64,000 nt of DNA from Deltaproteobacteria bacterium (lineage in GTDB: Bacteria > Myxococcota_A > Polyangia > Fen-1088), in assembly GCA_033763315.1 (NCBI GenBank), contig JANRKS010000020.1, positions 54,489 to 118,488 of the forward strand, in the 5' to 3' direction. Position numbers and translations under genes: made by a program. Of this stretch, positions 56,415-64,000 are shown piece after piece. Numbering within the stretch: the stretch's first letter is position 1; every line of letters starts with the position of its first letter. The notes under the pieces were generated by a model, which did no database searches, had not been told where the DNA came from, and saw only the letters and a program-made list of their open reading frames with translations.

Positions 56415-57383
56415 TCAAGCCACCAAAGCGCCTCCGCGCACCTGTCGAGGCAGCTGCCACAGCAGGTACACCCCGAGCGCGATGAGCGGCAATGAGATGA
56501 GCTGCGACGTGGATACGTAGCCGCCCAAGAACACGCCACGGTCGTCGTCTCGCCAGATCTCCACGATGGATCGAAACACACCTTTGGCAATGAGCAGCCA
56601 ACCGAACAGTTGGCCATCGAAGCGCTTGCGCGGCCGAATCAGGTAGTAAAGCAGCGCGAAGGTCAGCAGGTTCAGGGCCGCCAAATAAAGCTGGGTGGGG
56701 TGAACGGGCAGCGGGTTCTGGTAAGCCGTGATGAGGTTCAAGTCACGTTGGTGTTCAAACACGGCAGAGTTATAGGGAAAGTGCACGCCCATGTGGCCGT
56801 GCGTGACTTTGCCAAAGCAGCAGCCGTTCAAAAAACAACCGATGCGCGTGAGCGCAAGACCAAACGCGATCCACGGTGACGTCAGATCCGCCACTTTCCA
56901 CATGCCCAGCTTGTGTTTGCGTGCGAACCACAGACCAAACACGGACGCGAAAACGAAGCCGCCATAGTAAGCCAAGCCGCCGCGCCACACTTTGATGGCT
57001 GCCAAACAATCGCGCGGCGGGTGGCAAGTTTGCGTGGCCACATTGCACACGTAGTCGTATCCACACTGCGCACTCGTTTGGCACACGGCCACCTTTGCAT
57101 CCACAGCTTTGACGAGCGTGGGATTCATGCACAGGTTCACGTAATCCATGAAGTGGCCATCGGCGAACACGTGCAGCACACGCGCGCCAATGATGGCCCA
57201 CACCACGATCCACAAATTCATGTCGATGATGGTGTCTTTGTGGAGGCCCAGCTTCGGCGCCTCGCGGCTGGTCATCCACACGCCCAGCAAGAAGCTGAGC
57301 GTGAGCATCGTGAAGTAGGCTGGGAAATTGAGCGGCCCCAAAAAGGGAAGGTTGATTCCCGTGTCGAACAGAATGGGGCGCAT
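56415..57383 (-). CDS. lgt: Prolipoprotein diacylglyceryl transferase
   Basis: IGAR, GGLAYYGG, RIGCFLNGCC.G, HPTQLY, R..VE.WR.D. Confidence 0.93.
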   Translation of the reverse strand: MRPILFDTGINLPFLGPLNFPAYFTMLTLSFLLGVWMTSREAPKLGLHKDTIIDMNLWIVVWAIIGARVLHVFADGHFMDYVNLCMNPTLVKAVDAKVAVCQTSAQCGYDYVCNVATQTCHPPRDCLAAIKVWRGGLAYYGGFVFASVFGLWFARKHKLGMWKVADLTSPWIAFGLALTRIGCFLNGCCFGKVTHGHMGVHFPYNSAVFEHQRDLNLITAYQNPLPVHPTQLYLAALNLLTFALLYYLIRPRKRFDGQLFGWLLIAKGVFRSIVEIWRDDDRGVFLGGYVSTSQLISLPLIALGVYLLWQLPRQVRGGALVA

Positions 57384-57398
57384 GCGACGTGGCCGCGC

Positions 57399-57932
57399 CT
57401 ACGCAGAAGCGTCGGACGAGGCCTTATCGGCCAGACGCGCTTTGGGCGCCAACAGCATGTCGAGCACCATCAAGCCCACGCCAATCACCAACGCCGCGTC
57501 AGCGATGTTGAACGCGGGCCACTCGTATTGTTTGTAGCGCCACACGATGAAGTCGGTGACACGCCCCAAAGTGATGCGATCGATCAAGTTGCCGATCGCG
57601 CCACCGCCGATGAGGCCCAGCGCCGCGTGCAAACGGGTGTGGCCATCTTCAGACTTGCGCAAATAAAGCACGACCATCGTCAGGGCGAACGCGGCCACAA
57701 GCGTGAGGATCACGCGACCACCCTGCAGGTTCTGAAACATGCCAAACGCCACCCCGGGGTTCTCCGAGTAGCGCATGTCCCAGTAGCCCTGGATCCACGT
57801 TTGTTTTTCGCCGAACGGCAAGGTCTTGAGCGCGCCGCGTGCCCACACCTTCGACCATTGGTCCAAGATGATGGTGAGAATGCCCAGACACGAAAACAGA
57901 ATGTATTTACGTTTGCTCACGTGTAGCTCCAA
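57399..57932 (-). CDS. lspA: Lipoprotein signal peptidase II
   Basis: DQWSK, NPGVAFG, GAIGNLIDR, VTDF, FNIAD. Confidence 0.95.
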   Translation of the reverse strand: MELHVSKRKYILFSCLGILTIILDQWSKVWARGALKTLPFGEKQTWIQGYWDMRYSENPGVAFGMFQNLQGGRVILTLVAAFALTMVVLYLRKSEDGHTRLHAALGLIGGGAIGNLIDRITLGRVTDFIVWRYKQYEWPAFNIADAALVIGVGLMVLDMLLAPKARLADKASSDASA

Positions 57933-57933
57933 C

Positions 57934-60873
57934 CTAACTGGCTTTCGGGCCCGCGGCTATGACATCGGCACAACGACCACAGAGTAGAGGGTGCGGGCCT
58001 GCGGCCACAGGCGCCAAATGACGCCAGCAGCGAGGGCACTGCGGCAACGTAGCGGCCACGACTGACACCTCGGTGGGGCCCGAAGCCGTTTCGGCAGCCA
58101 CCGTCACTTGCGACACCACACACAGTTCAGCCATGACGTCCACGATGGATTCCCAGCGGCTGCGGTCGGCAGCGCTTGGCTTCACGATAACCTGTGCGTC
58201 CAAGCTTTTATTCCCCTGGGCGCGGAAGGCTTCAAGTTGTGCCAACACCGCGGCGCGGCCGTCGCGCACCATGGCCCACGAGGCTAGGTGATCTTCATCC
58301 GGCGCGACGGGAGCCGGCCTTAGCTGCCCGTGCACGTCGAACGGCACGCCCGTCATGCGAAGCAGTTCGTCGGCCACATCCTGCGCCGTGAAGCACAAGA
58401 TGGGAGCCAACCACGTGGTCATCGTGCGGATCATTTCGTTGAGCACGGTCTGCACACTGCGACGGGCGCGGCTATCGGGCGCTTCGCAATAAAGCGCGTC
58501 TTTGATCGGATCCAGGTATTCAGCCGATGTGACGATGCAGAATTCAACCAGCTGCCGCACAACTTCGTGGAAGCTATAGCGATCGTAGGCGTCGATGATT
58601 TTGAGGTTCCGCTCGCGCAGCAAAGCCAACGCCATCTGGTCTAATGGGCGCAAATCTTTTTCGGCCACGCTGTGTTGCTTCGGATCGAAGTCACCCAACG
58701 TGGATAAGAAGAAGCGGCAGGTGTTGCGGATGCGGCGGTAAGATTCCGACAGCTGCTTGATGATGGTTTGCGAGAACACAACGTCGGCTTGGTAATCCGC
58801 GTTGCCCACCCACAAGCGCAGCACTTCGGCGCCGTTCTTCTCCATGTATTCGCCGGGATCGATGTAATCGATCTTCACGCCCTGGGCGCGCGCCTTGGCG
58901 ATTTCGGACTTCGAGAACACTTTGCCGCGTTCATCCAAAACCCAGCCGTGGGTGAGCACGGCCTTGTACGGCGCCTTGCCTCGCGTGGCCACAGACGCCA
59001 GCAACGACGAGTGAAACCAACCACGGTGCTGATCGGCGCCTTCGAGATAAAGGTCCACCTTCTCGCCCGTGGGCACCAGCTTGCCTTCGGCCACAGCGGC
59101 CCACGACACGCCCGATTCAAACCACACGTCCACGATGTCGTTGCCTTTTTCATAGGCCGACAAAGGTTTGCCGCGCAGGTCAAAGCCCGGCGGCACAAGT
59201 TCGGCCAGCGGCTTCTCGAACCAAGCGTTTGAGCCTTCGCGGGCAAAGATCTCGGCCACGTGTTCCATCAGTTCGGCCGACGTGAAGGCTTCACCCGTTT
59301 GTGGATCACGCAAAGCTGGAATGGGCACGCCCCACACGCGCTGGCGCGACAGACACCAATCGGGACGCACTTCGATCATGCCGTGGATGCGATCGCGGCC
59401 CCACGCGGGGATCCACTGGGTTTTCTCGATCTCTGCGAGTGATTTTTCACGCAGGGACGCGGGATCGCCGAGATCACCCAACCGCGCAAACCATTGGCTG
59501 GTGGCGCGGAAAATCAGTGGGCTCTTCGTGCGCCAACAATGCGGATACGAGTGGCGCAGCGTTTCGCCGGGTCGGTTCACTAAGTGCCCCGAAGCCGCCA
59601 AGAACTTCACGATGTGCGGGTTTGCTTCGAACACACCCATGCCCGCCCAATGCGGCACCTCCGCGATGAAGCGGCCATCTTCGCCCACGGGCGCGTAGAT
59701 CTCGAGGCCCTGATCGCGGCCCACAGCGTAGTCTTCCACACCGTGTCCGGGCGCTGTGTGAACCAAGCCGGTTCCGGCTTCGAGTGTGGCGTGATCGGCA
59801 AACCACAGGCGAAAGTCTTTGTCGGACTTGGGCGGCGAGATGAAGGGATGTGCATAGCGGACGCCCTTCCATGCGACGAAGGCGTCTTTCGGGATCGGCA
59901 CCCATTCGGCTTGCGGCGCCGCTTTGACGGGACCTTCGGGTCCGGCGACCGCGGCCAAAAAGGCTTCGGCGCGGCCTTCTGCCACGATCAACGTCTCTTG
60001 TTCGCCGTTCGCCAACGTGACGGGAATGCCCACGTACGCCAGCGCTGGGTTGGCAACCACCGCCAAGTTGGCGGGCAGCGTCCAGGGCGTGGTGGTCCAG
60101 ATCACAAGCGATGCGGGCGTCTTGCCGAAAGTGGCTTCCACGGCCGCTTGGCCAGGCAAGAGCGGAAAGCGCACGTAGATCGAAGGCGAGGTGTGCTCTT
60201 TGTATTCCACTTCGGCTTCAGCCAAGGCCGTGCGCACAGGGATGGACCAGTGCACGGGACGCTTGGCGCGGTAAAGCAGATTGGCGCGCGCAAAACCCGC
60301 CAGCTGTTTGATGATCGCCACTTCGTAGTCGCGTGACAGCGTAAGATAGGGGTGATCCCAGTCGCCCAAGCAGCCGAGGCGTTTAAACTCAGCGCGCATC
60401 ACGTCCACGTACTTGCGGGCGTGCGCCTCGCAGCGGGCGCGAAATTCGATGGCCGACAACCCTGCCTTTTGGAAACCAAGACCAGCGTCCCCCGCTTCCG
60501 TGGCCGCGTCGGGTTTGCCTTCGGCCTTGCGGGCCTTGGTGACCTCTTGCTCCACTTGGTGTTCGATCGGCAGGCCGTGGCAATCCCAGCCGGGGACAAA
60601 TTTCACGGCCTTGCCGCTCAACAACTGCGCGCGGACGATAATGTCCTTGAGCACCTTATTGAGCAACGTGCCGTAATGGATGCCGCCCGTGGGGTAGGGG
60701 GGGCCATCGTGCAACACGAACGCGGGTGCGTTGGCCTCCGCCCTATCCTTGAGGATGCGGGTGTAAAGGCCTTCGGATTCCCAGCGCGCGAGCCACTCAG
60801 GCTCACGACGCGCAAGGTCGGCCTTCATGGGAAACTGGGTTTGGGGTAAGCAGAGGGTGTCTTTCCAGTCCAC
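57934..60873 (-). CDS. ileS: Isoleucine--tRNA ligase (type 1 architecture)
   Basis: LHDGPPY, GWDCHGLPIE, WTTTPWTLP, GTGLVH.APGHG, DWCLSRQR.WG, EG.DQHRGWF, C-terminal CPRC..C.RC. Confidence 0.97.
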   Translation of the reverse strand: MDWKDTLCLPQTQFPMKADLARREPEWLARWESEGLYTRILKDRAEANAPAFVLHDGPPYPTGGIHYGTLLNKVLKDIIVRAQLLSGKAVKFVPGWDCHGLPIEHQVEQEVTKARKAEGKPDAATEAGDAGLGFQKAGLSAIEFRARCEAHARKYVDVMRAEFKRLGCLGDWDHPYLTLSRDYEVAIIKQLAGFARANLLYRAKRPVHWSIPVRTALAEAEVEYKEHTSPSIYVRFPLLPGQAAVEATFGKTPASLVIWTTTPWTLPANLAVVANPALAYVGIPVTLANGEQETLIVAEGRAEAFLAAVAGPEGPVKAAPQAEWVPIPKDAFVAWKGVRYAHPFISPPKSDKDFRLWFADHATLEAGTGLVHTAPGHGVEDYAVGRDQGLEIYAPVGEDGRFIAEVPHWAGMGVFEANPHIVKFLAASGHLVNRPGETLRHSYPHCWRTKSPLIFRATSQWFARLGDLGDPASLREKSLAEIEKTQWIPAWGRDRIHGMIEVRPDWCLSRQRVWGVPIPALRDPQTGEAFTSAELMEHVAEIFAREGSNAWFEKPLAELVPPGFDLRGKPLSAYEKGNDIVDVWFESGVSWAAVAEGKLVPTGEKVDLYLEGADQHRGWFHSSLLASVATRGKAPYKAVLTHGWVLDERGKVFSKSEIAKARAQGVKIDYIDPGEYMEKNGAEVLRLWVGNADYQADVVFSQTIIKQLSESYRRIRNTCRFFLSTLGDFDPKQHSVAEKDLRPLDQMALALLRERNLKIIDAYDRYSFHEVVRQLVEFCIVTSAEYLDPIKDALYCEAPDSRARRSVQTVLNEMIRTMTTWLAPILCFTAQDVADELLRMTGVPFDVHGQLRPAPVAPDEDHLASWAMVRDGRAAVLAQLEAFRAQGNKSLDAQVIVKPSAADRSRWESIVDVMAELCVVSQVTVAAETASGPTEVSVVAATLPQCPRCWRHLAPVAAGPHPLLCGRCADVIAAGPKAS

Positions 60874-61063
60874 GAGGCCGCGGATACTAGCAGATTGGCC
60901 CTAGGCCGGTGCGAAGGCAATGGAATCCTTAAATTTCAGCGACATAGGTTACATAGAAACTTGCATGGATCCCGCAAAGCGTTAGGGTTGGCGGGCGTTT
61001 TTTACGGTTGAGGCGCAGATGCAAGTTGACTTTTATCCACAGACTGCCGAAGTGTAGAGGCTC

Positions 61064-61837
61064 ATGCGGTTGTTGCTTTTCCCGCTCGCGGCTGTGTTGG
61101 GCCTCCCCATCGCTGCCGATGCATATGCCGGTTCGGCCACCAGTTCGAAGCTGGTGGGAGCTGAACCGGATGATGATGGTGAGGCTGCGGCTCCGGTTGA
61201 AAAAACCGAGGCCAGCCCCGCCAAAAAATCCGCCAAGCCGAAAGCGAAAGCCCGAAGCCGGCGCAAAGCACGCCACGCGAAGCCGCACGGCTACGCTGTG
61301 GCCGAATCAAAGCTGTTGGCCACGCCGTTGCCTCCTCCCTCGGGAAACCTTCACCTGGTGAACATCGCCAGCAACGAAGATCTCAAGGTCAACATCTACA
61401 ACGAGGACGGCTCGTACAACATCGATGCCCTCAAGGCGATCACGCACTTGTTCCGTTGCAAGCGCACCGAGGCCGAAAAGGACATCGAGCCGCGCCTGTT
61501 AACGATCCTTTCCCACATCTACGATCACTACAACAAGCCGCTTGAGTTGTTGTCGGGCTTCCGCAACCAACGCAAGACCACCAGCTACCACTACAAAGCT
61601 TCGGCGTCCGACATTCGCATTGAGGGCGTGCACCCGAAGCAACTGCGAGCGTTCGTGGAAACCCTGGACGCGGGTGGCATGGGTATCGGGCTTTACCCGC
61701 GTTCCATGTTCGTTCATGTGGATGTGCGGCCGCCGCCTTCTTACCGCTGGATTGATTACTCCACTTCGGATCCGGATTCGTCCGACAAGAAGCCGCCCAA
61801 GAACTGGAACAAGAAGAAGACGAAGCTGCGCAGCTAA
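61064..61837 (+). CDS. DUF882/YcbK (peptidase M15A) family protein
   Basis: Signal peptide; LLSGFR, SYHYKA.A.D, GIGLYP...FVHVDVR. Confidence 0.88.
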   Translation: MRLLLFPLAAVLGLPIAADAYAGSATSSKLVGAEPDDDGEAAAPVEKTEASPAKKSAKPKAKARSRRKARHAKPHGYAVAESKLLATPLPPPSGNLHLVNIASNEDLKVNIYNEDGSYNIDALKAITHLFRCKRTEAEKDIEPRLLTILSHIYDHYNKPLELLSGFRNQRKTTSYHYKASASDIRIEGVHPKQLRAFVETLDAGGMGIGLYPRSMFVHVDVRPPPSYRWIDYSTSDPDSSDKKPPKNWNKKKTKLRS

Positions 61838-62020
61838 AACACCGGTTGAGCTTTTGCTCACACGGGAACACATCGGCCTGGAGGTTCACGCCCCCGGGCC
61901 GATTGCGTTTGTGGCGCGCGAACTTTCGCTAGATCGCCAAATATTCCCGGCAAAAACACTGCGAAGCAAGCGCCGGCGTTTCTTGACCGGGTGGTGCGCG
62001 TCTCGTAGGGTCGCGGTCGG

Positions 62021-64000
62021 ATGGCCACGAAGCAAGTTGACCTGACAGAGGGAGGCGAACCTCCCGCCGATACGTCTTTGGCGGACGAAGCGCGCCGCCG
62101 GTATCTGAATTATGCCGTTAGCGTTATCACGTCACGCGCTTTGCCGGATGTGCGCGACGGGCTTAAGCCCGTGCAACGCCGCATCTTGTTCGCCATGTTC
62201 AACAACCTTCATCTGTACCCGGACGCGCGCTTTCGAAAGTGCGCGGCCATCGTGGGTGAAGTGCTTGGTAAGTACCACCCGCACGGCGATACATCTTCAT
62301 ACGAAGCATTGGTGCGCATGGCGCAGGATTTCTCGTTGCGCTACCGCTTGGTGGATGGCCACGGCAACTTCGGCTCATTGGATGGCGATGCGCCCGCGGC
62401 GATGCGCTACACCGAAGCGCGCCTGGCGCCCATGGCGATGGAAGTGCTCGAAGAGCTTCGCCAGGGCACGGTCGACTACCGCCCCAACTACGACGGCTCG
62501 CTGGAAGAGCCGATGGTGTTGCCCTCGCGCGTGCCGCAATTGCTCGCGAATGGATGCACGGGCATCGCGGTGGGTATGGCCACGAACATTCCGCCGCACA
62601 ACATGGTTGAACTGTGTGCGGCCGCGATTGCGCTGGCCAACGATCGCAACCTTGAAACCAAAGATCTACTGAAGTTCATTAAGGGGCCAGATTTCCCCAC
62701 GGGCGGTCTGGTGACGAACTCCCGATCGGAGCTGCGTGAGATCTATGAAACGGGGCAAGGTCCGATTCGCTTGCGTGGCGAATGGGAATTGGAGACGCCC
62801 AAAGGCGGCAAGCCTCAGATCGTGATCACCTCGATCCCTTACAACGTCACGAAGTCGACGTTGGTGGAAAAGATCGCCGAAGTCATCATCAACAAGAAGT
62901 TGGCGATGTTGACAGATGTGCGTGATGAATCCACAGCGGACGTGCGCGTCGTGCTTGAGATTAAGCCCGGTTCCGATCCCGCGTTGGTGATGGCGTACCT
63001 TTATAAGCACACACCGATGGAGCTTTCGTTTCACGTCAACATGACGTGTTTGGTGCCCACGCAGAACCGCGAGATCTGCGGGCCGATGCGGCTGAACTTG
63101 CGCGGCATCCTGGAAGAGTTCCTCAACTTCCGGGAAGAGGTCGTCACCAAGCGTTTTGAGTTCGAGCTCGCGGCGCTGGAGAAGCGCATCCATCTTTTGG
63201 AGGGCTTCCGCGTGGTGTTCGACGTGCTGGACGAAGCCATCCAGATCATCCGGAAGTCCGACGGCAAGCAAGACGCCGCAGGCAAACTGATGAAACGCTT
63301 CCCGCTGGACGATGACCAAACGGAAGCCATCTTGGAGCTTAAGCTCTACAAACTGGCAAAGCTTGAGATCAAACTGATCTTGGAAGAGCTGCGCGACAAA
63401 CAAGTCAAGGCCACCGAGATCCGCACCATCTTGCGCGACAAGAAGCGCTTGTGGCGCGTGATTCGCGAAGAGCTTGAAGCGGTGTCGAAGCAATACAACG
63501 AAAAGCGCCGCACGCGGATCGGCGGCCCCGGCTCCGAGGACGTTGAGTTTTCAGCTGACGCGTTCATCGCCGATGAAGAAGTCACGGTGGTGCTCACACG
63601 CGACGGTTGGCTCAAGCGCGTGCGTGAGTTAAAAGATCCCTCTTCGACGCGTGTGCGCGAAGGCGACGCGGTGTTGTCGGTGTTGCGCATGTCCACCAAA
63701 GAGCCGATGGCGATCTTCTCCAACGCCGGCAGCTGCTACGTGATGCGCGCGGTGGATGTGCCTGCGTCCACGGGGTATGGCGAGCCAATTCAGAAGCTGT
63801 TTAACTTCCGCGACGGGGAACGCGTTGTGGGAGCGTTGAATGTGTCTGACAAGGCGATTAAGCCGGGCACGTTCGCATTGGCGATGAGCCGCGGCGGGTT
63901 TGGTCTGCGTTTTTCGTTGGATCCGCACCGTGAGTTGTCCACGCGCTCGGGGCGCAAGTTCGCGAAGCTGGCCGATGGCGACGACATCGTGGGCGTGATC
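62021..64000 (+). CDS. parC: DNA topoisomerase IV subunit A (partial, runs off the right edge; not in ORF track)
   Basis: MATKQV...[43 protein letters not shown]; no GyrA box at the CTD start ([15 protein letters not shown]). Confidence 0.82.
   Translation, partial: MATKQVDLTEGGEPPADTSLADEARRRYLNYAVSVITSRALPDVRDGLKPVQRRILFAMFNNLHLYPDARFRKCAAIVGEVLGKYHPHGDTSSYEALVRMAQDFSLRYRLVDGHGNFGSLDGDAPAAMRYTEARLAPMAMEVLEELRQGTVDYRPNYDGSLEEPMVLPSRVPQLLANGCTGIAVGMATNIPPHNMVELCAAAIALANDRNLETKDLLKFIKGPDFPTGGLVTNSRSELREIYETGQGPIRLRGEWELETPKGGKPQIVITSIPYNVTKSTLVEKIAEVIINKKLAMLTDVRDESTADVRVVLEIKPGSDPALVMAYLYKHTPMELSFHVNMTCLVPTQNREICGPMRLNLRGILEEFLNFREEVVTKRFEFELAALEKRIHLLEGFRVVFDVLDEAIQIIRKSDGKQDAAGKLMKRFPLDDDQTEAILELKLYKLAKLEIKLILEELRDKQVKATEIRTILRDKKRLWRVIREELEAVSKQYNEKRRTRIGGPGSEDVEFSADAFIADEEVTVVLTRDGWLKRVRELKDPSSTRVREGDAVLSVLRMSTKEPMAIFSNAGSCYVMRAVDVPASTGYGEPIQKLFNFRDGERVVGALNVSDKAIKPGTFALAMSRGGFGLRFSLDPHRELSTRSGRKFAKLADGDDIVGVI

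Overview
This is a GC-rich bacterial window. Its gene content suggests Myxococcota/Polyangia (inferred from a MYXO-CTERM-like tail, a DUF1592/DUF1552 pair, Cys-rich lipoproteins and Gly-rich linkers). The housekeeping backbone comprises dusB, a moxR/DUF58/transglutaminase triad, etfAB, a carD-like gene, an rlmD-like gene, serB, nadB, pgsA, a pabB-like gene, ileS-lspA-lgt and a partial parC. An accessory tract at about 10.5-23.5 kb holds vapBC, two pseudogenes, a Uma2 nuclease and a visibly lower-GC lasso-type RiPP locus. That locus has an FG-GAP surface lipoprotein, a cyclase, a 55-aa precursor missing from the ORF track (18530-18697, predicted core GGLGTVQDGGELPGEDRQAQ) and a B2 peptidase. 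Convergent with these are a stand-alone RRE and an RRE-fused HPr-type kinase, although the core has no C-terminal Ser. A second highlight is a sigma54 promoter, then a c-di-GMP-I (GEMM) riboswitch overlapping the RBS, then an NGLxxx-repeat lipoprotein (54703-56175, minus strand). All calls come from motif recognition by eye; no database searches were run.
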